Below, one piece after another: positions 19,321 to 29,752 of a stretch of DNA of 57,750 nucleotides. Numbering within the stretch: position 1 is the stretch's first letter; each line of letters starts with the position of its first letter. This DNA comes from Clostridia bacterium (GTDB taxonomy: Bacteria > Bacillota > DUMD01), in assembly GCA_012840065.1 (NCBI GenBank), contig DUMD01000024.1:1-57750 (forward strand), written 5' to 3'. The notes under the pieces are model-generated. The model saw only the letters and a program-made list of their open reading frames with translations, was not told the origin of the DNA and ran no database searches. A program made the translations under genes and the position numbers.

Positions 19321-22041
19321 ATGAAAAAAGAAAAATGGTACACCCTTCCTACTCAAAAGATCGTTGAAACTATAGGCACCCATTTAAATAATGGACTCAG
19401 TAGTGAAGAAGCACAAGAACGGCTTAAAAAATATGGGCTTAATGAGCTTAAAGGAAAAGAACCACCAACAATTTGGCAACTTTTAATGGAACAATTTAAG
19501 GATTTTTTAGTACTTATTTTAATTGCTGCAGCCTTAATTTCTGGTCTTTTAGGTGAATGGGTGGATACAGGAGCAATTATTTTAATCGTAATTATTAACG
19601 CCATTTTGGGAGTTAGTCAGGAAATAAAAGCAAACAAAGCTTTGGAAGCCCTGCAAAAGATGGCTGCTCCTACTGCTAAGGTTATTAGAGATGGTCAACA
19701 TATCGAGATTCCCGGCAGAGAACTGGTGCCAGGCGATATCGTTTTATTGGAAGCTGGAGATTATGTTCCTGCCGATATTCGTTTAACCGAAAGTGTAAAT
19801 TTAAAAATTGATGAAGCAGCCTTAACAGGAGAATCAGTACCAGCAGAAAAAAACGCTGAAATAATATTTGACAGAGAAATACCCCTGGGGGATAGAGAAA
19901 ATACTGCCTATATGGGGACAGTCATAACCTATGGAAGAGGGCAGGGAATAGTTGTGGCCACAGGAATGAACACAGAAATCGGACTAATTGCAGAAATGCT
20001 CGAATCTTATGAAGAAGGAGACACCCCTCTTCAACAAAAATTGTCAGCATTAGGTAAAACTCTGGGAATTGCAGTTTTAGTTATTTGTGCCATCGTTTTT
20101 GTTACAGGACTTCTAAGAGGAGAAAAACCACTGAATATGTTTTTAACAGCTGTCAGTCTAGCTGTTGCAGCAATCCCTGAAGGGCTACCTGCTATTGTTA
20201 CAATAGTTTTAGCCTTGGGTATGCAAAGAATGGTTGCTGTTAATGCTATTGTAAAAAAGCTACATGCAGTGGAAACACTGGGTTCAACCACAGTAATCTG
20301 CTCAGACAAAACTGGAACGCTCACTCAAAACAAAATGATGGTCGTCCGTCTTTACACTGATAATAAAATCATTGATGTTGACGGTAAAGGCTATAACCCC
20401 CAAGGAAATTTCACTATTAACGGTGGGAAAATTGATCCCAATAGTGACCCTAATCTCTCTCTACTTTTAAAAGCAGGCGTTTTATGCAATGATTCCAGAA
20501 TGGAAAAATCAGGGGAAAGCATCGATGGTAAAGAGCAATGGAGAATTATCGGTGACCCTACAGAAGGAGCTTTAATTGTAGCAGGTGCAAAGGCTGGATT
20601 ATTCAGGGAAGAATTAAATCAAAAAAATCCAAGAAAACAAGAGATACCATTTGATTCAGACCGCAAAATGATGACCACATTTAATGATAAAGGTAGTGGT
20701 AAAGGATATTATGCTTTTACCAAAGGTGCACCGGACATAATGTTGGCACTAAGCACCAAAATTTTGGATCATGGCAGGGTAAGAGAATTAACTTCCGAAG
20801 ACCGGGAAGCTATAATGAAGGTTAATAGCGATATGTCCAATCAAGCTCTAAGAGTGTTAGCTTTTGCCTATAAAGAATATGAAGAAATTCCAGCAGATTT
20901 ATCACCTGAAAATGTAGAGAAGGATTTAATTTTTATTGGCCTCATGGGAATGATCGACCCAGCAAGACCTGAAGCCAAAGAAGCTATAGAAATTTGTAAG
21001 CGTGCCGGTATTCGTCCAATTATGATAACCGGGGACTATAAAAACACAGCTGTGGCAATAGCTAAAGAATTAGGCTTAACCCAAGGCGAAAATAAGGTAA
21101 TGGAGGGCGCTCAACTTGATAAAATCTCTGATGATGAACTAATAAATAAAGTAGAAGATATTGATGTATATGCCAGAGTATCTCCCATACACAAAATGAA
21201 AATCATTGAAGCTCTCAAAGCCAAAAATCACATTGTCGCTATGACTGGAGACGGTGTTAATGACGCTCCTGCTCTTAAGCGGGCGGATATCGGAGTGGCC
21301 ATGGGAATAACCGGTACCGATGTGGCTAAAGAAACAGCTGAAATGATTCTGACCGACGATAATTTTGCCAGTATTGTATCTGCCGTTAAAGAAGGTAGGA
21401 TTATTTATTCCAACATTCGCAAATTTGTATTTTTCCTCCTTTCCTGTAATATTGGAGAAGTGTTGATTATATTTGTCTCGATTCTTTTAAATCTACCAAT
21501 TCCTTTAGTACCTATTCAACTTCTTTGGATAAATTTATTAACCGACGCCTTCCCTGCTTTAGCTTTAGGAATGGAAAAAGCAGAACCTGATATAATGAAC
21601 GTTCCTCCTCGGGATCCTTCTGCACCAATACTGAGCAGAAAAATGTCAATAGGGATTGTTATTCAAAGTATAGTGCTAACAATTGCCACTTTAGGTGCTT
21701 ATCTCTATGGTTTAAATACTTACGGTTTCACTGGAGAAGGTCTGAAAGAAGCACGTACAATCGCTTTCCTTACCTTAACTATCGGAGAATTATTAAGAGC
21801 ATTTTCTAATCGTTCAGAAAGATTTTCAGTATTTAAAATCGGATTTTTCTCCAATAAGTTCATGAATTTAGGAACAGGACTATCCTTTATACTAATCATT
21901 ATAACTGTTCTTATTCCTCCTCTTAGAACAATATTTGAAACTGTTCCTCTGAATCTTGAAGAAATTGAAATAATTATCGGCTTTGCTTTATTACCCTTTA
22001 TTGTAACAGAAGTAAGCAAGATATTTTTAAAAAATGATTAA
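19321..22041 (+). CDS. P-type (P2A, SERCA/YloB-like) cation-transporting ATPase, probably Ca2+
   Basis: 906 aa. Cation_ATPase_N start, TGES actuator motif, phosphorylation site CSDKTGTLT, hinge [12 protein letters not shown], 10 TM pattern; strong RBS AAAGGAGG. Confidence 0.92.
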   Translation: MKKEKWYTLPTQKIVETIGTHLNNGLSSEEAQERLKKYGLNELKGKEPPTIWQLLMEQFKDFLVLILIAAALISGLLGEWVDTGAIILIVIINAILGVSQEIKANKALEALQKMAAPTAKVIRDGQHIEIPGRELVPGDIVLLEAGDYVPADIRLTESVNLKIDEAALTGESVPAEKNAEIIFDREIPLGDRENTAYMGTVITYGRGQGIVVATGMNTEIGLIAEMLESYEEGDTPLQQKLSALGKTLGIAVLVICAIVFVTGLLRGEKPLNMFLTAVSLAVAAIPEGLPAIVTIVLALGMQRMVAVNAIVKKLHAVETLGSTTVICSDKTGTLTQNKMMVVRLYTDNKIIDVDGKGYNPQGNFTINGGKIDPNSDPNLSLLLKAGVLCNDSRMEKSGESIDGKEQWRIIGDPTEGALIVAGAKAGLFREELNQKNPRKQEIPFDSDRKMMTTFNDKGSGKGYYAFTKGAPDIMLALSTKILDHGRVRELTSEDREAIMKVNSDMSNQALRVLAFAYKEYEEIPADLSPENVEKDLIFIGLMGMIDPARPEAKEAIEICKRAGIRPIMITGDYKNTAVAIAKELGLTQGENKVMEGAQLDKISDDELINKVEDIDVYARVSPIHKMKIIEALKAKNHIVAMTGDGVNDAPALKRADIGVAMGITGTDVAKETAEMILTDDNFASIVSAVKEGRIIYSNIRKFVFFLLSCNIGEVLIIFVSILLNLPIPLVPIQLLWINLLTDAFPALALGMEKAEPDIMNVPPRDPSAPILSRKMSIGIVIQSIVLTIATLGAYLYGLNTYGFTGEGLKEARTIAFLTLTIGELLRAFSNRSERFSVFKIGFFSNKFMNLGTGLSFILIIITVLIPPLRTIFETVPLNLEEIEIIIGFALLPFIVTEVSKIFLKND

Positions 22042-22043
22042 CT

Positions 22044-22091
22044 AAAAAAGGAATAATCCTTCCGTTATTTTGGAAGGATTATTCCTTTTTT
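22044..22091. terminator. Bidirectional intrinsic terminator between the convergent ATPase and mtnA-like genes
   Basis: AAAAAAGGAATAATCCTTCC-gttatttt-GGAAGGATTATTCCTTTTTT, a 14-bp perfect stem with flanking A/T runs. Confidence 0.85.
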
Positions 22092-22101
22092 AGTTATCCT
22101 T

Positions 22102-23151
22102 TTATTTATCTTCTATTAGTTTTTTAAGGTTCATCTCATAATTAGGATAAACTATTCCTTTTTCTGTTACAATAGCAGTAATCAGGTCATGGGGAGTTAC
22201 ATCAAAAGCAGGATTGTATACTTTTATTCCATCTGGAGCAATTTTTTTTCCATACCAATCAGTAACTTCCAAATGGCTCCTTTCTTCTATAGGAATTTCG
22301 CTTCCACTTGGTGTAGATAAATCAATAGTAGATGTGGGAGCTGCAATATAGAAAGGTATTCCAAATTGTTTTGCTAAAACAGCTAAAGTCATTGTGCCAA
22401 TCTTATTTGCTGTATCACCATTTGCTGCTACCCGATCAGCCCCCGTAATCACAGCATCAACCTTACCCTGGGACATTACAAAACCAGCCATATTATCACA
22501 GATTAAAGTTACATCTATTCCTACCTGACTAAGTTCATAAGCAGTCAAACGAGCACCTTGGAGATAAGGCCTGGTTTCATCCACATAAACCTTTATGTTC
22601 ATCCCTTTTTCCCTTGCCAGATACAAAGGTGAAGTGGCAGTACCATATTTTGAAGTTGCCAAACTCCCGGCGTTACAATGAGTTAAAATAGTCATACCGT
22701 CTTCTAATAGGGACAAAAGATTAATCCCAATTTTTTTATTAATTTCTTCATCTTCCAGATGAATTTTACGGGCTTCAGCTAATAAAATTCTCTTTTTATT
22801 TTCTAAACTCTCTCCGGCCAAACTACTAGCCTTATCAATCATCCTCTGAATTGCCCAAAAAAGATTAATTGCAGTTGGACGAGATTTTGCAAGAAAATCA
22901 CCGTTCTGCCTCATGACTTCCATAAATTCATCATGGTCATTCGTTGTCAAATCTTTAATTCCTAGATACATTCCATAGGCCGCAGCAATTCCAATCAAAG
23001 GCGCTCCTCGAAGTTCCATATCTTTAATAGCTTGAAATACTTCTTCAATTGTTCTTTTGGGATTAATTTCAGTTACTTCAGGCAGCTTAAGTTGGTTTAA
23101 AACATATAAAACATCATCTTTCCATTCTATTGGTTCAATAAATTGGATCAT
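22102..23151 (-). CDS. mtnA: S-methyl-5-thioribose-1-phosphate / 5-deoxyribose-1-phosphate isomerase (MtnA/DrdI family)
   Basis: eIF-2B alpha/beta/delta-like fold; LRGAPLIGIAAAYG; ...GADRVAANGDTANKIGT.... Confidence 0.9.
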   Translation of the reverse strand: MIQFIEPIEWKDDVLYVLNQLKLPEVTEINPKRTIEEVFQAIKDMELRGAPLIGIAAAYGMYLGIKDLTTNDHDEFMEVMRQNGDFLAKSRPTAINLFWAIQRMIDKASSLAGESLENKKRILLAEARKIHLEDEEINKKIGINLLSLLEDGMTILTHCNAGSLATSKYGTATSPLYLAREKGMNIKVYVDETRPYLQGARLTAYELSQVGIDVTLICDNMAGFVMSQGKVDAVITGADRVAANGDTANKIGTMTLAVLAKQFGIPFYIAAPTSTIDLSTPSGSEIPIEERSHLEVTDWYGKKIAPDGIKVYNPAFDVTPHDLITAIVTEKGIVYPNYEMNLKKLIEDK

Positions 23152-23163
23152 AACCTGCCCCCC

Positions 23164-24366
23164 TTAAAACAGCCTGTCCTTAACAAGACCTGTTACTTCA
23201 TTTATATTAGCAAATTTATTTCTGGAAAGCAGCAACTCTTCTGCTAACTCCAAAACTAAAATTTGGACATCCCTGCGTCTTTCTAAATCTTCTATCCCAT
23301 CTACATCGATATTATGGGCCAGGCCATGCATTCTCCTAATCATAGCCATACAAGCATAGCCAATAGTATCAACAAACATATTTCGCATATAATGTTCTTT
23401 ATAGCCAGGAACCCTAGCTCTGATGTCACGGGCATCTTTATCCCAGTTATCAATAAATTTTTTCTCAAATAGAGTATAAAGCTCGTTAACAGTAGTTAAT
23501 AAATATTGACGGTAATCTTTTATTTTTTCCGGTTTTTCATCTTTTCCACTCCAAGAAACATAATTGATAAATATATTGCCAATTAGTAGTCCGGGATCAA
23601 ACGCAGATGGTCCTACAAAAGCAAATTCAGTATCAAAAACCTTCGTTTCATTTTCCCCTACAAAGATTGACCCAGTATGCAAATCACCATGAATTAAACT
23701 CTGAGCTTCCGTCAAGAATTTATATTTCAAGATACAGGCTTCCAAAAAAAGATTCGACTTTTTCCAAAACACCTTTTCCAGGTAAGGTTTAAGAGCCGGA
23801 TTAATAACATTTCTTTCCGCATCATAATATGGTTCTGTAAAAATAAGTTCTTCTGTCAATTGGCAAAGGTCAGGATTGGTAAATCTTTTAACTAATTCTT
23901 TTTTATCCTTCGAATCCATGTATAGATCAGAGGTATAAAAAAGCAAATTAGCTAAAAAAGTAGAAATATGCTCTGCAAACAAAGGGTATTTTTTCATCTT
24001 AATTGTCCCTTGCCTCATAACTTCCAGGTAAGAAAGATCCTCCATAATAAAAAGAGCTAATTCATCATCTCTATGTAATAATTTGGGAACCAAGCCAGCT
24101 GCTAATCTGTTCTGCACTTCCAATGCATCCGCTTCAATCTTTGTTCGCCCCACGCTTAAAGGCCAACTTTCCCCCACAATTTTCGCATAAGGCAGCGCTT
24201 GTTTAATAATAACTGACTTTCCAGATTCAGCATCTTGAATCTTAAAAACAAGGTTTAAGTTACCGTCTCCGATTTCTTTAGCTTGAAGCTTGGCCTCTTG
24301 AGGAAAGAAACCCTGTTCTTTTACATAGGCCATTGCTTTTCCCTCATCAAGTTTGTAATATCCCAC
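23164..24366 (-). CDS. mtnK: Methylthioribose / 5-deoxyribose kinase (MtnK/DrdK family)
   Basis: 400 aa; GDGNLNLVFKI glycine loop and HGDLHTGSIFV catalytic loop of the APH-like MtnK family. Confidence 0.9.
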   Translation of the reverse strand: MGYYKLDEGKAMAYVKEQGFFPQEAKLQAKEIGDGNLNLVFKIQDAESGKSVIIKQALPYAKIVGESWPLSVGRTKIEADALEVQNRLAAGLVPKLLHRDDELALFIMEDLSYLEVMRQGTIKMKKYPLFAEHISTFLANLLFYTSDLYMDSKDKKELVKRFTNPDLCQLTEELIFTEPYYDAERNVINPALKPYLEKVFWKKSNLFLEACILKYKFLTEAQSLIHGDLHTGSIFVGENETKVFDTEFAFVGPSAFDPGLLIGNIFINYVSWSGKDEKPEKIKDYRQYLLTTVNELYTLFEKKFIDNWDKDARDIRARVPGYKEHYMRNMFVDTIGYACMAMIRRMHGLAHNIDVDGIEDLERRRDVQILVLELAEELLLSRNKFANINEVTGLVKDRLF

Positions 24367-24384
24367 CTAGATACCTCCTCTATT

Positions 24385-25032
24385 TTATAAAATATGTTTG
24401 CTATAACTGTTTAAATAATTTTTCCTCATAATCTCTATTTCTCCTTCATTCATTGGTTCTAAATTAGGAGAAAGTGTTCTAACTAAATAAGCCAGATTAG
24501 CAGATTTTTCTGCAACCTCTGCAACCATAAAGGCCTCTTTCAAAGATCTCCCTACACTTACTAATCCATGTTTTGCCATTAAAGCAGCATATTTACCGGT
24601 TTTTAACACGGCTGTTACATTATAACCCAATTCATAACTACCGGGAAGCGCATAAGAAGCAACAGGAATACTCCCACCAATAATCTGCGCTTGGTCTTCT
24701 GTGTAACAAGGAACTTCCTCTCCAAGGGCAGCAAAAGCACTTGCATAAAGGCTGTGGGTATGAACAATACCGTTAATCCTATCAAAAATCCTATAGATCG
24801 AAATATGTAAGGGCAATTCACTGGAAGCTTTTAATCTTCCTCCCACCTGTTCGCCAGATTTCAAATCTACCACAGCAATATCCTCAACAGTAAGCTCTTC
24901 ATAGGGAGTACCTGAGGGGGTAATTAATAATCTATTATCCTGCCTCACACTAATATTTCCCCAAGTTCCCCTAACCAAACCACTTTGAACCATTTTAAGT
25001 GCAGTTTTAATAATTCCCTCTTTTAAATCCAC
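24385..25032 (-). CDS. Class II aldolase/adducin-family protein (MtnB-like dehydratase or DrdA/Ald2-type aldolase)
   Basis: GTWGNISVR, HTHS metal ligands, ~215 aa. I prefer GTG at 25032 (RBS AGAGGG 7 nt upstream) over the RBS-less TTG at 25050. Confidence 0.82.
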   Translation of the reverse strand: MDLKEGIIKTALKMVQSGLVRGTWGNISVRQDNRLLITPSGTPYEELTVEDIAVVDLKSGEQVGGRLKASSELPLHISIYRIFDRINGIVHTHSLYASAFAALGEEVPCYTEDQAQIIGGSIPVASYALPGSYELGYNVTAVLKTGKYAALMAKHGLVSVGRSLKEAFMVAEVAEKSANLAYLVRTLSPNLEPMNEGEIEIMRKNYLNSYSKHIL

Positions 25033-25156
25033 ATTCTTACCCTCTTTCAACTAAATTACTTTTCGAAACATATTGTACAGTAATGAAAAACCAATTTCAA
25101 CAAACACCCAAATTTCTGAGAGTTGTTCTATTTTACCAGAACAAAAACACAATAAA

Positions 25157-25186
25157 AGGAAAAAAGAGCCCATTCTAAGGGCTCTT
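25157..25186 (-). terminator. Intrinsic terminator after the radical SAM gene
   Basis: AGAGCCC-attctaa-GGGCTCT with a U run on the minus strand; it separates the radical SAM gene from the aldolase operon. Confidence 0.75.
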
Positions 25187-25226
25187 CCTGCTCTTAAGTT
25201 CTTTGCTTAATCTACTCAAGTATAAA

Positions 25227-26600
25227 TTATTCTTTAGCTGCTGCAACAGCTTCTTTGGCTTTCATTCTTTCTGCCCAAAGCCGGTCTGCCGTCACTGCCC
25301 ATTTCCTAGCTGCTTCCTCGGTTTTAGCAGTTAAAACATCCACATCCTCCTCATCCAAAGGTTGAGTAGAATGGGCATTAGCTTTATGAACCATTTCTCT
25401 AAGTTTTTCCGGATTATCCAAAAGCGGACATGGTCTTAAGTGATTTTCGTTAAATGGTTGATTTTCTCTATACTGCATAAATAACGGAGATTTAAGTGCC
25501 TCCAATAAGCTTACATCTTTAATATTTACATTGGAATAATGGATAAAAGCACAGGGTTCAACATCGCCATTGGCATTAATATGAATATAGTTCCTTCCAC
25601 CGGCAATACAACCATGGACATATTCACCGTCATTCCAGAAATCCATAAGAAAGATTGGTTTTGTCTGCCGGAACTCCCTAATCTTATGGTACATATATTC
25701 TCTCTGTTCCGGCGTTACCAACAAATCTAATACCGCATCTTTTCCTAAAGGCATGTAAGTAAAATACCAACCAAACATGCAACCTTTTTCAATCATTAAA
25801 TCAATATACTCTTCGGAACCAACCACATCATAGTTTTTGCTGTGATAGCAGGTAGAAAAGCCAAAACCAACACCTTCTGCTTTAAGATAATCCATTGCCT
25901 TCATTACTTTTTGGAATGTTCCTTTGCCCCGTCTCATATCAGTTTCCTCTTCAAAACCTTCAACACTAATTGCTAAAAGTAAATTACCAACCCGGGCCAG
26001 TTCCTTTGCAAATTCCTCATCCACCAAGGTAGCATTAGTAAATGATAGGAACATACAATCATCATGAACTTCAGCCAATTTAATTAAATCATCTTTACGC
26101 ACCAGCGGCTCTCCACCGGAATAGATATACATATAGATACCTAATTCTTTACCTTCTCTAATAATCCTATCTAACATCTCATAGCTTAATCCATCTTTTT
26201 TATCATATTCTGCTGCCCAGCAGCCAACGCATTTTAAATTACATGCTGCTGTAGGATCCATAAGGATTGCCCATGGTATATTACAATTATGTTTTTCTTT
26301 CATTTTCTCGATTATAGGTTGGCCAGCCATCCCTGCATTTACCATATAATTAATTAAAAACTTTTGGCGGGTATTAGAGTTGATCTCCTCTAAAATTCTT
26401 CTGATAAAAATACCCCAATTATTGTCAGGATCTTCGCTAGCATCTTTAATTAGTTTGAAAATTTTCTTATGGTTTTCTTTAGTAAGCAGCTTTTCTGCCC
26501 AATTAAGAAGTTTAGGGAAATTTTCAACCGGGTTCTTGTCAATGTATTTCATGCCTTCTTTTAATATGATCGAGCTAACCAATTGTTTAGCAGACTTCAT
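25227..26600 (-). CDS. Radical SAM enzyme with ~110-aa N-terminal helical extension and C-terminal Cys-containing (twitch/SPASM-like) region; substrate unknown
   Basis: CNLKCVGC (CxxxCxxC) cluster motif, SGGEPL, then GCIAGGRNYIHINANGDVEPCAF...LRPCP. ATG at 26600 is preceded by AAAGGGGAG; the upstream ORF extension lacks an RBS. Confidence 0.82.
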   Translation of the reverse strand: MKSAKQLVSSIILKEGMKYIDKNPVENFPKLLNWAEKLLTKENHKKIFKLIKDASEDPDNNWGIFIRRILEEINSNTRQKFLINYMVNAGMAGQPIIEKMKEKHNCNIPWAILMDPTAACNLKCVGCWAAEYDKKDGLSYEMLDRIIREGKELGIYMYIYSGGEPLVRKDDLIKLAEVHDDCMFLSFTNATLVDEEFAKELARVGNLLLAISVEGFEEETDMRRGKGTFQKVMKAMDYLKAEGVGFGFSTCYHSKNYDVVGSEEYIDLMIEKGCMFGWYFTYMPLGKDAVLDLLVTPEQREYMYHKIREFRQTKPIFLMDFWNDGEYVHGCIAGGRNYIHINANGDVEPCAFIHYSNVNIKDVSLLEALKSPLFMQYRENQPFNENHLRPCPLLDNPEKLREMVHKANAHSTQPLDEEDVDVLTAKTEEAARKWAVTADRLWAERMKAKEAVAAAKE

Positions 26601-26875
26601 ATTAATCTCCCCTTTAACAAATAGTTTTCTAACAACAAAATCTGCTAGCATAATTAGGAGGTACAGCTTACAAATCCTGTTAAATTAATTGCAAAGGTAG
26701 ATAAATATAGGTAACTTGCACTTAATACAAATTTACTTAATTACCTGAAACTAGTCAAGCCTCCAAACTTCGACAAAATACGTCATTTTTTTGGATAATT
26801 GCTGAAAATCAGCCTTTACCTTCCACATTTTTAAAATACAGATTTTAACTGGACATTAAAGAAAAAACAGATAAA

Positions 26876-27163
26876 TTAAGTTGGTGCCTGTCGACTCCTA
26901 AATGTATTCGGAAAAATAACAATCTCCAAACTTAAAAACCTAGGCTTGACTAGATTAAAAATAGAAACAAACAATCCCAACGAAAATCCAGATAGGTTAA
27001 TCCTTGCCTTTATACTTTTTAAAACCATTCTAATCCCATTTGTTAAAACTTTATAATCAGCATGTAAAGCAATAAGTGTCAATAAGACAATAAATTCTAT
27101 TTCAGTGCATAATTGCATAACTAAATCACTCAATCTAAAAAACCTTATCAGGTTTTTTTTCAT
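26876..27163 (-). CDS. Hypothetical 95-aa ORF of doubtful coding status
   Basis: Only support is the ORF plus a GGAGG ~13 nt upstream. No family recognised, and the 3' part overlaps an inverted/direct repeat pair (see findings). Confidence 0.25.
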   Translation of the reverse strand: MKKNLIRFFRLSDLVMQLCTEIEFIVLLTLIALHADYKVLTNGIRMVLKSIKARINLSGFSLGLFVSIFNLVKPRFLSLEIVIFPNTFRSRQAPT

Positions 27164-27529
27164 TTAACCTATCAACCTCCTTTCAAGACTATTCTATTTA
27201 TAAAAATTAGTTTAATATAACCTAGATTAAATTTTTTAAACATTTTACTTAAATATTCCTTTTTTTATGCATTTTACCATTTAGATATAATAAAGTCAAT
27301 TTTTACTCTTCTAAGCGCTTCAACCTAAGGTTAAAGTATTATTTAAGATTTTCTTGAAATTTACTTTATTTCCATAAAATATAAAATATTTGTTATTAAC
27401 AATTAAAAATAAATCTTCTTATTTTGTTCTATGTTGCGTGTTTCCGGATAAATACAGTTACTGTCCAAACTACCCAAAAGCCCTGGATTCAACTTATTTA
27501 CATTCTCATTTGTAATGATTTTCCGTACG

Positions 27530-27582
27530 ATTAAAAATAATAAACTATTTTCTAGAGCAAAGAATGCATTAGAAAATAGTTT
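27530..27582 (-). terminator. Intrinsic terminator after typA
   Basis: 13-bp perfect stem AAACTATTTTCTA / TAGAAAATAGTTT (27542-27554 / 27570-27582) with a 15-nt loop and a U-rich tract on the minus strand. Confidence 0.65.
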
Positions 27583-27595
27583 ATAAATAGGCGGA

Positions 27596-29410
27596 TTATT
27601 TTTTACTTTTTTCGTATTTTTCTCTATCTGCTTTTCTTAAAAGTTTTTTTCTTAACCTGATTGATTTAGGTGTAACTTCTAAATATTCATCATCATCTAG
27701 ATAAGCTAATGCCTGTTCCAAAGATAAAATACGGGGAGCCTTCAGCTTAACAGTTTCTTCTTTTGTAGAAGAACGTACATTGGTTAATGCCTTTTGTTTA
27801 CAAACATTTACTGTTATATCCTGTTCCCTGTTATTCTCCCCGACAATCATACCTTCATATACCTCTGTCCCCGGAGTTATAAACAATACTCCTCTATCCT
27901 CTACCGACATAAGACCATAAGTAGTTGCAGTTCTAGTTTCATGAGCAATGAGAACACCATTCCTTCGCTGTATAATTTCCCCCTTATAAGGTCTATAGGA
28001 ATCAAAACTGTGATTCATACTACCATAACCTCTGGTATCAGTGAGAAATTCTGTACGGAAACCTACAAGCCCCCGGGCAGGTATAATATATTCCAGTCTA
28101 ACTTGACCAGAGGTGTTTACCATATTTAACAAATCTCCCTTTCGAGCACCTAATTTCTCCATAACTGAGCCCACGTATTCTTCGGGCACATCCACAATAA
28201 GATGCTCAAAAGGTTCGAACAACTCCCCGTTTATTTCTTTATAAATTACCTGGGGTTTAGAAACTTGAAATTCGATACCTTCTCGGCGCATAGTTTCTAT
28301 CAAAATAGCCAAATGGAGCTCCCCTCTTCCTGAAACCAAAAAAATTTCAGGACTGTCAGTCTCTTCTACTCTTAAGGAAACATCAGTTTCCATCTCCTTT
28401 TTTAATCTTGCTCCCAGTTTTCTAGAAGTAAGAGGTTCACCTTCCAGACCTGCAAAAGGTGAATCATTAACAATAAAACTCATTTGTAAGGTCGGTTCAC
28501 TAATTTTTAATAAAGGTAAGGCTTCCAGACAGTCCGGAGAGCAAATTGTTTCTCCTATGCTGATTTCCCCAAGACCTGCTAGGGCAACTATATCTCCCAT
28601 CGCTGCACTGTCAACCTCAATTCGTTTTAAACCACTAAAACTATAAAGCTTGTTAATACGGTAATATTCCACCTGGCCACTGCGTTTAATAACTGCAACC
28701 TGTTCCCCATTCCTAATTACACCGCGATTGATACATCCTATAGCAATCCGACCAAGATAATCATTGTAGTCAAGTAAAGTAACTTGCATTTGCAAAGGCC
28801 CTTCCAATTGGCCTTCAGGAGCAGGTATATGGTCTATAATTGATTGGAAAATTGGCTCAAAATCTAAATTTCCACCATCAGGCTGATAATCAGCCACTCC
28901 TTTGAGTGCAGAAGCATAAATTATTGGGAAATCAAGTTGTTCTTCATTGGCTCCTAAATCTATAAATAAATCTAGCACTTCGTCAACTACTTCTTTAGGT
29001 CGTGCATTTTCTCTATCCATTTTATTAATAACAACAATAGGTATCAAATTTTCTTCTAATGCTTTCCTTAAGACAAATCTTGTTTGAGGCATGCAGCCTT
29101 CAAAAGCATCCACAACTAAAAGTACGCCGTTCACCATTTTCATAATTCTTTCAACTTCACCGCTAAAATCAGCATGACCAGGAGTATCAACAATATTTAT
29201 TACATAATCTTTATATTTTATTGAAGTATTTTTAGCTAAAATTGTAATACCTTTTTCCCGCTCAAGATCATTAGAATCCATTACTCTTTCCACAACCTGT
29301 TCATTTGCTCTAAATACTCCAGCATAAGACAGCATTTTATCAACTAAAGTTGTTTTACCATGGTCTACATGGGCTATAATGGCAATATTGCGAATATTAT
29401 CACGTTTCAT
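27596..29410 (-). CDS. typA: Translational GTPase TypA/BipA
   Basis: IRNIAIIAHVDHGKTTLVD G1 motif, DTPGHADF, NKMD. ATG at 29410 is preceded by GAAGGAGGAG; the longer ORF start is a TTG inside the RBS. Confidence 0.95.
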   Translation of the reverse strand: MKRDNIRNIAIIAHVDHGKTTLVDKMLSYAGVFRANEQVVERVMDSNDLEREKGITILAKNTSIKYKDYVINIVDTPGHADFSGEVERIMKMVNGVLLVVDAFEGCMPQTRFVLRKALEENLIPIVVINKMDRENARPKEVVDEVLDLFIDLGANEEQLDFPIIYASALKGVADYQPDGGNLDFEPIFQSIIDHIPAPEGQLEGPLQMQVTLLDYNDYLGRIAIGCINRGVIRNGEQVAVIKRSGQVEYYRINKLYSFSGLKRIEVDSAAMGDIVALAGLGEISIGETICSPDCLEALPLLKISEPTLQMSFIVNDSPFAGLEGEPLTSRKLGARLKKEMETDVSLRVEETDSPEIFLVSGRGELHLAILIETMRREGIEFQVSKPQVIYKEINGELFEPFEHLIVDVPEEYVGSVMEKLGARKGDLLNMVNTSGQVRLEYIIPARGLVGFRTEFLTDTRGYGSMNHSFDSYRPYKGEIIQRRNGVLIAHETRTATTYGLMSVEDRGVLFITPGTEVYEGMIVGENNREQDITVNVCKQKALTNVRSSTKEETVKLKAPRILSLEQALAYLDDDEYLEVTPKSIRLRKKLLRKADREKYEKSKK

Positions 29411-29752
29411 TAAGGACTCCTCCTTCAAAAATCTACTTTTGTATTGTATTCTTTACAAATAAAAAAAACAAGAAGAAAGAAAAACAATTTCTCCAGAAAA
29501 TATTTAATTCTAGGCATCAGAATGAACAAAAATTTTACTTAATACTACATTTTTCTAGATCTAAGATTATAAAACAGGTTTAGAAAGCCGTCCAAAAAAA
29601 CGGTCACCTAGTTTGGTTATAAATACCCTCTTATAAATTAGCTTTTTAAATGGTATAATCGTTTAGTAAAAACTTTATTATTTTATGCTCATTTTGGAAA
29701 AGCTTTTAACATAAATTAACCTTGTTTTTTAGAAAAATTGATTTAGAAAGAA

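Noticed and set aside
25033-25160. Looked for an S-box/SAM riboswitch or T-box ahead of the aldolase-mtnK-mtnA operon.
   Set aside because: The leader between the TTGAAA-17-TACAAT promoter and the start codon is only ~35 nt and contains none of the conserved S-box or T-box elements.
26876-27163. The 95-aa ORF might be the N-terminal fragment of an IS transposase, with the 12-nt inverted repeats as IS ends.
   Set aside because: I cannot match the peptide to any transposase family by eye. The repeats do not bracket the ORF, and no DDE or HTH motif or target-site duplication is evident. It is kept only as a hypothetical ORF plus the repeat observation.
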